Source: Nitrospirota bacterium (GTDB taxonomy: Bacteria; Nitrospirota; Thermodesulfovibrionia; Thermodesulfovibrionales; JdFR-86). From it: 64,000 nucleotides of DNA. The position numbers and the translations under genes were made by a program. Under the pieces are notes generated by a model. The model was not told where the DNA came from and ran no database searches. It saw only the letters and a list, made by a program, of their open reading frames with translations. Location: the NCBI GenBank assembly GCA_963721805.1, contig CAVRJY010000001.1, positions 1,120,001 through 1,184,000 of the forward strand, written 5' to 3'. Shown in pieces: positions 1 to 8,586 of the stretch (positions are counted from its first letter, which is position 1; each line of letters begins with the position of its first letter).

Positions 1-292
1 GAAGCGGCTGCTCGTCGGTGGCGGTTGTTTGCGCTGAGACTTTTCTGCCGAAGCTCGTCCGCAAATGGAGCAGATACCTGAGAATAGTGCTACTCTCCTT
101 CAAGTCTCGCTCCGATCTTTGCAATGGAAGTCTCGCGCTGAAAAAAGATGGCGGTTAAAATAGGTTTTTCCGGTTTAACTGACTATAAGTATACAGCATT
201 ACCAGCCATCAGCATACTGAATGCATACCTTGCAAAGGTCTCGCGCTGTAGTGCCTGCTATACAAAAATATACGGTTTGGCCCAAAATCAAT

Positions 293-376
293 AAAAAAGG
301 GGCTACGATTTCTCGTAACCCCTTGATTTAAAAAGTGGAGCTGAACGGATCGAACCGTCGACCTCTTGAATGCCAT
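293..376. repeat. Displaced att copy: 3' half of tRNA-Ala (from the anticodon loop) plus downstream terminator; direct repeat of 11742-11826
   Basis: AAAAAAGGGGCTACGATTTCTCGTAACCCCTTGATTTAAAAAGTGGAGCTGAACGG-ATCGAACCGTCGACCTCTTGAATGCCAT matches 11742-11826 except for one missing G. Confidence 0.95.
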
Positions 377-389
377 GCATGGCAAGGGC

Positions 390-480
390 TTGCACCGTGT
401 TATACGGTGTTAGCCCTTGTTCTGTTTTAAAAGGGTTTTTTGACACGGTCTTGTACGATGTTACACGGTGTTGTACGGTG
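390..480. repeat. Six 10-bp repeat units (consensus TTRYACGGTG) just inside the left att
   Basis: 390-409 TTGCACCGTG TTATACGGTG; 441-480 TGACACGGTC TTGTACGATG TTACACGGTG TTGTACGGTG. Confidence 0.8.
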
Positions 481-531
481 TCTGGTATACAAAAAGTGTA
501 CAGTCTATAGCTCGATGAAAACTGTATGCCG

Positions 532-587
532 ATGAAAATGTCCGTGATACAATTTTATTGTTATGGTATTTTTCGACTCATTCCGCC
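532..587 (+). repeat. 56-bp imperfect direct repeat, copy A (extended -10 plus start of a short ORF)
   Basis: 46/56 identical to 1259-1314; contains TG-A-TACAAT at 545-553. Confidence 0.85.
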
Positions 588-667
588 GGGTCCGTGTCTC
601 CGAGCCTCTGAAGACCGGGATTTGCAGATACGAGTTTGAGAAAGGTCCAATGGGGTATCTGCTATGA
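563..667 (+). CDS. Putative 34-aa leader peptide MVFFDSFRRVRVSEPLKTGICRYEFEKGPMGYLL
   Basis: ATG 9 nt after TACAAT; its TGA overlaps the ATG at 664 (ATGA). Confidence 0.35.
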   Translation: MVFFDSFRRVRVSEPLKTGICRYEFEKGPMGYLL

Positions 668-1218
668 AAGCACAGCCGGGCGCACAGGACACCGTTATAT
701 TTACAATCGGCCACTCTACAAGACCCGTTTCTGAGTTTATAGAAATTATTAAGGCCTATGGAATCAAGAAGGTAGTAGACGTCCGGACTATCCCGAAATC
801 ACGGCATAACCCCCAGTTCAACAAGGACGAGCTCAAAGAAAGTTTAAAGGTGGTCAAGATCGGATATCTCCATATGAAGGGCCTCGGAGGACTTCGCCAT
901 GCGCTGAAGGACTCACCGAACATGGGATGGAAAAACGCATCTTTCAGGGGGTTCGCTGATTACATGCAGACAGAAGAATTTAAAGAGGCCCTCGATAATC
1001 TTATGTCGGAGGTGCAGAAACGGGCAACGGTTATCATGTGTGCCGAAGCGTTACCGTGGCGCTGTCACCGATCGTTGATAGGAGATGCATTACTAACTCG
1101 GGGAATCCATGTGATAGATATCATGAGCATTACGAGCAGCAGAGACCATACTCTTACGCCATGGGCGAAGGTACATGGGAGCAAAATAACCTATCCCCCG
1201 GAGCCCGATCAATTATAA
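664..1218 (+). CDS. DUF488-family protein
   Basis: IFTIGHS, VVDVRTIPKSRHNPQFN, LGGLR and MCAEALPWRCHRSLI motifs. Confidence 0.85.
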   Translation: MKAQPGAQDTVIFTIGHSTRPVSEFIEIIKAYGIKKVVDVRTIPKSRHNPQFNKDELKESLKVVKIGYLHMKGLGGLRHALKDSPNMGWKNASFRGFADYMQTEEFKEALDNLMSEVQKRATVIMCAEALPWRCHRSLIGDALLTRGIHVIDIMSITSSRDHTLTPWAKVHGSKITYPPEPDQL

Positions 1219-1258
1219 AACTGTACGTGTCAACTGAATCCGAATCATAAATAGTCCA

Positions 1259-1314
1259 ATGAAAATATCCGTGATACAATTAATGTATTATGGGAATTTA
1301 TGACTCATTCCGCC
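1259..1314 (+). repeat. 56-bp imperfect direct repeat, copy B
   Basis: ATGAAAATATCCGTGATACAATT...GACTCATTCCGCC; TG-A-TACAAT at 1272-1280. Confidence 0.85.
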
Positions 1315-1358
1315 TCTTTCGCGTAGCCGCCATCACAAGGGAAAGCCATCAATTATGA
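1290..1358 (+). CDS. Putative 22-aa leader peptide MGIYDSFRLFRVAAITRESHQL
   Basis: ATG 9 nt after TACAAT; TGA at 1356-1358 overlaps ATG 1355 and ATG 1358. Confidence 0.35.
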   Translation: MGIYDSFRLFRVAAITRESHQL

Positions 1359-2071
1359 TGTCTCTGGTGCCCAAGAGAAGGCGCGGCCCCGAGCTGATTG
1401 ATCTCCCCGAGAGCTACAGCCAGCCAGAGTATGCCGGGAGCCTTACGGACATCAGGACTGTCAACCGCTACCTCGGCGACTATCGTGCTACACTCAAATT
1501 CTTTTCAGCCCTTGTATCGGGCATCGCGGCGGACAGGCCCGTCAAGGTGCTGGATATCGCGACCGGGTCTGCGGACATCCCCGTAGCTATGGCGAGATGG
1601 GCTCGCGGGCGGGGGATAAGAGTCGTCATTACCGCCGTGGACATCAACCCGCTGGCTATACGCGAGGCCGCCGCTGTTACCGAAGCATACCCGGAGATAA
1701 CCGTATCTGTCGCCGATGGCTTCTCGCTTCCGTTTGAGGACGGGAGTTTCGACATAGTTCTGTGCGCCAAGACCCTGCACCACTTCAGCGAGGATGATAC
1801 GGTCCGAATCCTGAAGGCAATGTACAGGCTGGCCTCAGTCGGCTATATCGTCATGGATCTAAGGCGCAACTGGGTGCCATGGCTGCTCATAACCATGCTA
1901 TCGCATATCTTCTCACATAACAGGCTTACCCGGCACGATGGCCCGATGTCGGTGCTGCGTTCATACACGGTCGCCGAGTTAGGCACCCTTGCCGACAGTG
2001 CGGGCCTTGCGGGCCATGTGATCGTGAGGCAGCCTTTCTGGCTGATGGTACTCTCCGGAAGGAAGTCCTGA
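1355..2071 (+). CDS. Class I SAM-dependent methyltransferase of the type often adjacent to type III PKS genes
   Basis: VLDIATGSAD motif I, DGFSLPFEDGSFDIV, LHHF, TRHDGPMSV. Confidence 0.85.
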   Translation: MMSLVPKRRRGPELIDLPESYSQPEYAGSLTDIRTVNRYLGDYRATLKFFSALVSGIAADRPVKVLDIATGSADIPVAMARWARGRGIRVVITAVDINPLAIREAAAVTEAYPEITVSVADGFSLPFEDGSFDIVLCAKTLHHFSEDDTVRILKAMYRLASVGYIVMDLRRNWVPWLLITMLSHIFSHNRLTRHDGPMSVLRSYTVAELGTLADSAGLAGHVIVRQPFWLMVLSGRKS

Positions 2072-3295
2072 ATGAGCACATACGGCTTGTCGGTAGCGAC
2101 CAATTTCGACGATGGACTGCTGGACGCCATATCGGGATATCCGGTAACGGAGGTCTTCGGCAAGCTCCCCTCCGACGCTGTCGGCGGTGGCCGGGCCTCC
2201 TTCACGCTCCAGCCGCTGTCGCGCAGGCGGTTTGAGCGCCACGTCGAAAAGGCCAGATCGCTGGGCATCGGATTTAACTACCTCCTTAACCCGGCGTGCA
2301 TGGACAATCGCGAATATACCAGACAAGGACAGCGTGAGATCGAGGCGCTGCTTGGGTATATCGAAAGCGTGGGGGTGAGCGCGGTGACGATATCGCTCCC
2401 GTTGTTGCTGCCGATCATAAAGAAGCGCCATGCCGGGCTTAAGGTGCGTGTAGGCGTATACGCAAGGGTTGACGGTGTGGCCAAGGCCAGGTTCTGGGAG
2501 GATGGCGGTGCGGACTGCATAGCGCTTGAATCGCTGAGCGTCAACCGCGACTTCGAGATGCTGACGGCTATCAGGAAGGCGCTTAAGACAGAGCTGCAGC
2601 TTATCGTCAACGCCAACTGCCAGCTCTTCTGTCCGCTCTCGGGCCAGCACATGGTAAACCTCTCGCACGCATCGCAGAAGGGCCACCCATCGCGAGGGTT
2701 CATGCTGGACTGGTGCGTTATGAAATGCTCATACGACAAACTAAAAGACCCGGCGCAATATCTGAGATCCGAGTTCATCAGACCGGAAGACATGGGCATG
2801 TACCTCGATTTGGGTTACGACTCATTCAAGATATTGGAGCGGGGCGCCCCCACGCCTGTCCTGCTCAAACGGGTAAAGGCTTACTCCGAAGGCCACTACA
2901 ACGGCAACCTGCTGGACCTCATACAGCCCTTCGGGTATAAGGAGAAGAGCGGAGCGTCGCTGGCAGGTGGCCTGTTTAATAAGTGGAGGTATATGTTCAG
3001 ACCGCGCATGGTCAGACTGACGAAGCTCTTGAAATTGAAGGAGCTTGCCGCCAGGCGCGGGATGCTGGAGCCGCTCGCGGGTGAGCCCGTATATATCGAT
3101 AACGGCGAACTGTCCGGATTCATACCCGGCTTCAGGGACCGGGATTGCCGGTCGACCGACTGCGCCGCATGCGGCTGGTGCGCCGCTTATGCCAGAAAAG
3201 CCGTGCGGGTCGATGATGCTTATCGTGTGGAACTCCTCGGGCTTTATGACGAGGTCTTTGCTGATATGTATTCGGGTGATATGTGGGGAATTTAG
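2072..3295 (+). CDS. Peptidase U32-family Fe-S protein (putative O2-independent hydroxylase)
   Basis: FNYLLNPAC, NANCQLFCP, WCVMKC, FIRPED and SFKILER motifs; C-terminal CRSTDCAACGWC. Confidence 0.75.
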   Translation: MSTYGLSVATNFDDGLLDAISGYPVTEVFGKLPSDAVGGGRASFTLQPLSRRRFERHVEKARSLGIGFNYLLNPACMDNREYTRQGQREIEALLGYIESVGVSAVTISLPLLLPIIKKRHAGLKVRVGVYARVDGVAKARFWEDGGADCIALESLSVNRDFEMLTAIRKALKTELQLIVNANCQLFCPLSGQHMVNLSHASQKGHPSRGFMLDWCVMKCSYDKLKDPAQYLRSEFIRPEDMGMYLDLGYDSFKILERGAPTPVLLKRVKAYSEGHYNGNLLDLIQPFGYKEKSGASLAGGLFNKWRYMFRPRMVRLTKLLKLKELAARRGMLEPLAGEPVYIDNGELSGFIPGFRDRDCRSTDCAACGWCAAYARKAVRVDDAYRVELLGLYDEVFADMYSGDMWGI

Positions 3296-3317
3296 GCATC
3301 GTGCCGGAAGGAGTATT

Positions 3318-3575
3318 TTGAGCACCTTGGATCGCATCAGAAAACTGTTTCTCAAGAATTTTGATTTCCCCGAGGAGCGGCTCCGGCCGGAGGCCACGGT
3401 CGAGAGTCTGGGCCTCGATTCTCTGGATAAGATCGAGTTCATGTTCGATCTCGAAAAGGAATTTAACGTGAAGGTCCCTGATCGCGAAGTTACCCTCAAC
3501 TCCATTGAGGATATTATCAATGTCGTCGACAGGCTGCTTGACGCGCAGCGCCAAAGCGGCGGGACGCCTGTATGA
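3318..3575 (+). CDS. Acyl carrier protein
   Basis: LGLDSLD phosphopantetheine site; TTG start at 3318 after AAGGAG. Confidence 0.9.
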   Translation: MSTLDRIRKLFLKNFDFPEERLRPEATVESLGLDSLDKIEFMFDLEKEFNVKVPDREVTLNSIEDIINVVDRLLDAQRQSGGTPV

Positions 3576-4816
3576 GACGTGTAGCCATTACCGGCATGGG
3601 CATCATATCCCCGGTGGGGAATACCTGCGAGGATTTCTTCAATAACCTGATCGCCGCTAAATCGGGGATCAGAAGATTAGTTCCTGATTTCGACGCCCGG
3701 TTGTCTATACGGATCGCCGCTCAGGCGGATTTCTCGGCCGAAAAGCATTTCACGACTAAACAAGCACGGACGCTGGACAGGGTGAGCCAGTTTGCACTGG
3801 TCGCCGCATCGCAGGCATGCAAGGACGCCGGGCTGGAGCTTACAGATGCGGAACAAAGGCGCAGCGGTGTATATCTGGGCACGGGCATGGGAGGTGCGCG
3901 GACGCTCGAGGCCTCCTATGAACAGCTCTATAGTCAGCATGTGAAACGTCTGCATCCGCTTACCGTGGTCATGGTGATGAATAATGCTGCCGCCTCCTCG
4001 ATCTCGATCGAGCACAGCTTGCAGGGCCCCTGCCTTACATTTTCCACCGCCTGCTCATCTTCAGCCGTAGCAATAGGCGAGGCCTTCCGCCTGATCAAGC
4101 ACGGATATGCCGATGTTATGCTCGCCGGGGGGACGGAATCGCTCCTCACCAGCGGGGTGATGATGAGCTGGGAATCAATCGGGACACTAGCCCTGGAATC
4201 GGAAGACCCTTCGGCCTCCTGCCGGCCCTTTTCAAAGGACAGGACCGGATTCGTCCTTGGCGAGGGGGCGGCTGTCGTGGTATTGGAAACCATGGAGCGG
4301 GCACAAAGGCGTGGCGCTCTCATATACGGCGAGATAGCAGGCTACGGCTCAACTGCGGACGCGGAGCATATCACGAAACCCTCTGTGCAAGGACAGGCGC
4401 TTGCTATGGAGGCGGCTCTGAAAGAGGCCGGGATGGACGCGGAGCATATCGACTATATCAATGCCCACGGTACGGCCACCTTGGCCAATGATCTGGCGGA
4501 AACGCAGGCCATCAAGAGCGTGTTCAGTAAGCGGGCCTATGACATCCCCATAAGTTCCACCAAGTCCATGCACGGGCACCTGCTCGGAGCGGCCGGGGCC
4601 GTGGAGCTTGTCGCCTCCGTCCTGGCGCTCAAACATCAGATGATCCCGCCAACCTCGACCCTGATGGTGCCCGACCCTGAGTGTGATCTCGACTATGTGC
4701 CCCTGAAGGCCAGGACAGGCGTGGACCTAAAGGCAGTCATGTCCAATTCCTTCGCCTTCGGCGGGACGAATGCCGTGCTGATCGCGCGTAAACACGTCCA
4801 GAGTTCAGATCAATAG
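3572..4816 (+). CDS. Beta-ketoacyl-ACP synthase (FabF/KASII type)
   Basis: TACSSS, YINAHGTAT, KSMHGHLLGAAG and SNSFAFGGTN; Cys-His-His triad intact. Confidence 0.92.
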   Translation: MRRVAITGMGIISPVGNTCEDFFNNLIAAKSGIRRLVPDFDARLSIRIAAQADFSAEKHFTTKQARTLDRVSQFALVAASQACKDAGLELTDAEQRRSGVYLGTGMGGARTLEASYEQLYSQHVKRLHPLTVVMVMNNAAASSISIEHSLQGPCLTFSTACSSSAVAIGEAFRLIKHGYADVMLAGGTESLLTSGVMMSWESIGTLALESEDPSASCRPFSKDRTGFVLGEGAAVVVLETMERAQRRGALIYGEIAGYGSTADAEHITKPSVQGQALAMEAALKEAGMDAEHIDYINAHGTATLANDLAETQAIKSVFSKRAYDIPISSTKSMHGHLLGAAGAVELVASVLALKHQMIPPTSTLMVPDPECDLDYVPLKARTGVDLKAVMSNSFAFGGTNAVLIARKHVQSSDQ

Positions 4817-6267
4817 TGAAGACCGATGCGGCTGTCAGCGGCATGAATATTCTCATCATTAATACAAACCGCGATGCCTATCCAGTGCCGGTGCTGCCGT
4901 CAGGCGCATGTATGATCGCGGAGGCCGCAGAGAGGGCGGGACACGCGGTTTCGCTTGTTGACCTCATGTTCACGGATGACCCTGATCGTACCCTCAAGAC
5001 GGCGCTCGAAAGTACAATATTCGATGTCATCGGCCTGTCCGTACGGAACATCGACAATATCGACATGCGTGCTCCCCGGTATTTTATCAGCGAGCTCATC
5101 CCACTCATCGACACTATACGCCGGTCCTCGGACGCACACATCGTCCTTGGCGGCGCCGCGCTGATGGTTATGCCCGAGGAGATCATGCGGGCAACTGGAG
5201 TTCCGTGTGCGGTGGTTGGAGACGGTGAATCCGTATTCCCCCGGCTGATAGAGAGGATGGCACGGAATGAACCGTGGGCGGAACTGCCGGGCGTTGCATC
5301 ACTAGTTGGCGGCAGATACCGCGCGAATGCCACGGTACCCGGTCTTTCTCATAGCTGCTCGGGACCTGATTATGGCCGGTGGCTCGATATGAAGGCCTAC
5401 TGTTCGCATATGGCTACGATCCCTCTACAGACGAAGCTCGGATGCCGCTTTCAGTGTGTCTATTGCACCTACCGCAAGATCGAAGGCCACGGCTACAGGC
5501 TGTCGGAGCCTTCGAGCGTGGCCGAGGCCGTGCGCCGTTATGCGTCATCCGGATTTAAAGACATAGAGTTCGTCGACAACGTGTTTAACTCTCCATACGA
5601 CCATGCCATCGAGGTATGCGAGGCGATAATAAGTTCAAAAAAACACCGCGCTCGCCTTCAAAGCATCGAGCTTAGCCCGGTCTCATTCGACCAGCGCCTG
5701 CTCTGCACCATGGAGCGCGCGGGCTTTGTGGGGATCGGCCTTACTGTGGAGAGTGCATCAGGCGCGGTCTTGCATGGGCTTAATAAAGGTTTCACTGCGC
5801 GCGAGGTCCATGCGGCGGCGGAGGTGGTGAGGCGCAACCGGCTGCCGTGCCTCTGGATTTTTATGATGGGCGGCCCGGGGGAGACCCGCGATACCGTGCG
5901 CGAAACCCTGAGTTTCGCCGAGAAGTTCATCCGGCCTCAGGATGCCGCTTTCTTCAATATAGGCGTCCGAATCTATCCGAGGACTGAACTGGAGTCCATC
6001 GCACGCAGCCAAGGCGTACTTGCTCCTCTTGCCGATTTGCTGGAGCCAGCGTTTTATGTCTCGCCCGAGGTAGAGGCGGACTGGATCGCGGGGCAGGTGA
6101 AGCTTTCAATGAACAGCCATATGAACTTCATGGACGGGGATTCGATGTCGTTTTCCTATCTTCCGCAGATCAGCCGTCTTGGACATCGGATGGGGCTCAA
6201 GCCGCCACTCTGGCGGTATACCCGCCTTATCCGAAGGGGTTTGCGCTCGGTCGGGATGCGCGTATGA
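4816..6267 (+). CDS. Cobalamin-binding radical SAM protein (start may be ATG 4843)
   Basis: N-terminal B12-binding-like domain (VIGLSVRNIDN, IVLGG, VVGDGE); CRFQCVYC motif; GGPGET. Confidence 0.88.
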   Translation: MKTDAAVSGMNILIINTNRDAYPVPVLPSGACMIAEAAERAGHAVSLVDLMFTDDPDRTLKTALESTIFDVIGLSVRNIDNIDMRAPRYFISELIPLIDTIRRSSDAHIVLGGAALMVMPEEIMRATGVPCAVVGDGESVFPRLIERMARNEPWAELPGVASLVGGRYRANATVPGLSHSCSGPDYGRWLDMKAYCSHMATIPLQTKLGCRFQCVYCTYRKIEGHGYRLSEPSSVAEAVRRYASSGFKDIEFVDNVFNSPYDHAIEVCEAIISSKKHRARLQSIELSPVSFDQRLLCTMERAGFVGIGLTVESASGAVLHGLNKGFTAREVHAAAEVVRRNRLPCLWIFMMGGPGETRDTVRETLSFAEKFIRPQDAAFFNIGVRIYPRTELESIARSQGVLAPLADLLEPAFYVSPEVEADWIAGQVKLSMNSHMNFMDGDSMSFSYLPQISRLGHRMGLKPPLWRYTRLIRRGLRSVGMRV

Positions 6268-6295
6268 GGACGAGACATATGGAAAGGAATCTTGC

Positions 6296-7363
6296 ATGAT
6301 GGATGAACAGGCTGCCGCGCCGCATATAGCATCGGTAGCGGTGGCAACGCCTCCCTGCACCGTCGAGCAGGCGGAACTAGAACGCCTTGCGTACAAGCAT
6401 TACAAAGACAGGCTAAGCCCGCGAAGCATCTCGCTCATACACGCGCTCTTTGCCCATCCAAGCATTAAAACGCGGAGCTTCGCCATAGGAAACGTCGAGG
6501 ACCTCGTGGACGAGGACCCTGACCGGCGCGTTGCGCGTTTTACTCACTGGTCGCAGGAACTCTCGGCGAAGGCGATCTCTAAAGCCCTGGCGCAAGCGGG
6601 CTTGGGAACAAGCGATGTGGCCGGACTTGTCGTGAATACGTGTACGGGATATATCTGCCCCGGAATCTCGACATATCTGATCGAGAGGCTCGGCCTCGCG
6701 CGCGACGTACGCGTGTACGATCTGGTCGGGAGCGGATGCGGTGGGGCGATCCCAAACCTCGAGGTCTCGGAGTCGCTCATGAGGCAGACGGCAGACGGGG
6801 TGGTGGTGAGCGTCTCGGTCGAGATCTGCACCGCAACCTTTCAGATGCAGGATGACATCAGCCTCCTTCTCTCAAACACGCTCTTCGGAGACGGCGCGGC
6901 GGCCGCCGTTTTGTGGGGCAGGCCACAGGGATACGAGCTTGTCGCCTCGGCCAGACGGTATGTGCCGGAGCAGCGCGAAGCGGTCCGCTACATCCACAAA
7001 AACGGCCAGCTCCACAACCAGCTCTCGCTCAGATTGCCGGAGCTGGTCGGGAAGACGGCCTCACAGGTCGTCTTGGATCTTTTGGCCCCCTATGGGCTTA
7101 AACCACAGGATATAAAACACTGGGCCCTGCACAGCGGCGGCGAAAAGATCATTAACGCCGTCCAGTCGGGACTTGGGCTGTCGGAGGATCAGGTCCGTGC
7201 GACGCGCTGCGTGCTTTCGGAATACGGGAACATGTCCTCGCCCACGGTCTGGTTCGTGCTCAACGAGATCGAGAAGCGGGGCGTTGCCCCGGGAGAGTGG
7301 TGCATCATGGTCGTCTTTGGCGCGGGTCTATCTGCGCATGCATACCTGCTGCGAAAGAAATAG
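6296..7363 (+). CDS. Type III polyketide synthase (chalcone-synthase superfamily)
   Basis: Catalytic Cys (GSGCGG), His (HSGG) and Asn (YGNMSS); LFGDGAAA; AAAGGA SD before ATG 6296/6299. Confidence 0.92.
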   Translation: MMDEQAAAPHIASVAVATPPCTVEQAELERLAYKHYKDRLSPRSISLIHALFAHPSIKTRSFAIGNVEDLVDEDPDRRVARFTHWSQELSAKAISKALAQAGLGTSDVAGLVVNTCTGYICPGISTYLIERLGLARDVRVYDLVGSGCGGAIPNLEVSESLMRQTADGVVVSVSVEICTATFQMQDDISLLLSNTLFGDGAAAAVLWGRPQGYELVASARRYVPEQREAVRYIHKNGQLHNQLSLRLPELVGKTASQVVLDLLAPYGLKPQDIKHWALHSGGEKIINAVQSGLGLSEDQVRATRCVLSEYGNMSSPTVWFVLNEIEKRGVAPGEWCIMVVFGAGLSAHAYLLRKK

Positions 7364-7373
7364 TACGGACAAT

Positions 7374-7826
7374 ATGAGAGCAAGCATTGTAATACTCTGG
7401 CTGTGCGTATTTATATCCTCTGCCGCCTATGCGGCCCAGGGTGACGAAATTTTAGGTGTGTGGAATAACGAGGGAAAAGACGCCAAGATAGAGATATTCA
7501 AATGCGGCGGAAAATACTGCGGGAAGATAATTGCTCTGAGAGAACCGAACTATACACCGGATTTCAACTACGGTGTGATCGGCACGCCAAAACTTGATCA
7601 CAACAACCCCGACACCGCTAAAAGGTCCGTGCCAATTATGGGCCTCCAGATCGTGAATAAATTCACCTTCGCAGGCGGAAACGTTTGGAAGGACGGGACT
7701 GTGTACGATCCCAAAAACGGCAAGACATATAGCGGCAGGCTTACGCTCGTTTCACCGATTCGGCTTGACTTAAGGGGTTTTGTCGTTATCCCGCTCTTCG
7801 GCAGAACCACTACGTGGACACGGTAG
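7374..7826 (+). CDS. DUF2147-like secreted protein
   Basis: Signal peptide; GVW, YCGKI, DHNNPD, WKDGTVYDPKNGKTY, LRG and FGRTTTWTR motifs. Confidence 0.8.
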   Translation: MRASIVILWLCVFISSAAYAAQGDEILGVWNNEGKDAKIEIFKCGGKYCGKIIALREPNYTPDFNYGVIGTPKLDHNNPDTAKRSVPIMGLQIVNKFTFAGGNVWKDGTVYDPKNGKTYSGRLTLVSPIRLDLRGFVVIPLFGRTTTWTR

Positions 7827-7844
7827 GTTCGGGGCTGGCAGAAA

Positions 7845-7873
7845 TTGACATCACCCATTTGCAGGAGTAGGAT
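7845..7873 (+). promoter_or_regulatory. Sigma70-type promoter of the gluconate dehydrogenase operon
   Basis: TTGACA-N17-TAGGAT, 6 nt before ATG 7880. Confidence 0.6.
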
Positions 7874-7879
7874 TCGTTT

Positions 7880-8581
7880 ATGAACGGATCAGAAAAATCG
7901 CCCAGCCGCCGCGATTTCCTCCGCAAGATGATCATCCTGGCCCCGACCATCACTATAGCCGCATGCGCACCCATGTCGGCTCTGAAGACATTCCCTGAGC
8001 AAGCCTATTCGCCCAGGTATTTTTCACCTGAAGAGTTGACCTTCCTTAACGCTGCCTGTGAGCGCCTGATTCCCACTGACGAAAACGGTCCCGGTGCATC
8101 GGAGCTCGGCGTGCCGGATTTCATCGACCGTGAAATGGATGGATCCTTTGGGCATGCGGCTAACTGGTACATGCAGGGCCCATTCGCCTCTGGAGCGCCC
8201 GAACTAGGCTACCAGTCGCCCCTGACGCCGCGCGAGGTCTACCGCGCCGGCATCGCCGCGGTGAACGCGCACTGCCGGAACGTATACGGCAACAAGCCTT
8301 TTTCAGAACTTCCTGCCGCAACGCAGGACTCGGTGCTGACCGGGCTGGAAAGTGGCACACTGAAATTCGAGAATGTATCAGCTACTGCCTTCTTCGGCTT
8401 TTTGCTTCAGAACACCAAGGAGGGCTATCTGGCCGATCCTATCCATGGCGGCAATAAAAACATGGAGAGCTGGAAGATGATCGGCTTTCCCGGCGCGCGC
8501 GCGGATTTCATCGACTGGGTGGATAAGCATGGCGTGCGCTATCCGTACGGCCCGGTCAGCATTTCGGGCATGAAGGGCTGA
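7880..8581 (+). CDS. Gluconate 2-dehydrogenase subunit 3 (gamma), Tat-exported
   Basis: SRRDFLR twin-arginine motif; ERLIP, GVPDFID and EGYLADPIHGGNKNMESWKMIGFPGA. Confidence 0.9.
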   Translation: MNGSEKSPSRRDFLRKMIILAPTITIAACAPMSALKTFPEQAYSPRYFSPEELTFLNAACERLIPTDENGPGASELGVPDFIDREMDGSFGHAANWYMQGPFASGAPELGYQSPLTPREVYRAGIAAVNAHCRNVYGNKPFSELPAATQDSVLTGLESGTLKFENVSATAFFGFLLQNTKEGYLADPIHGGNKNMESWKMIGFPGARADFIDWVDKHGVRYPYGPVSISGMKG

Positions 8582-8586
8582 TCGCG

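Noticed and set aside
1..103. Possible minus-strand gene start (TTG, MKESSTILRYLLHLRTSFGRK...) as the missing integrase
   Set aside because: Only ~34 codons are visible, with no recognisable motif
335..376. Second tRNA-Ala gene
   Set aside because: Only the 3' half is present and one G is missing from the T-arm region; it is an att remnant
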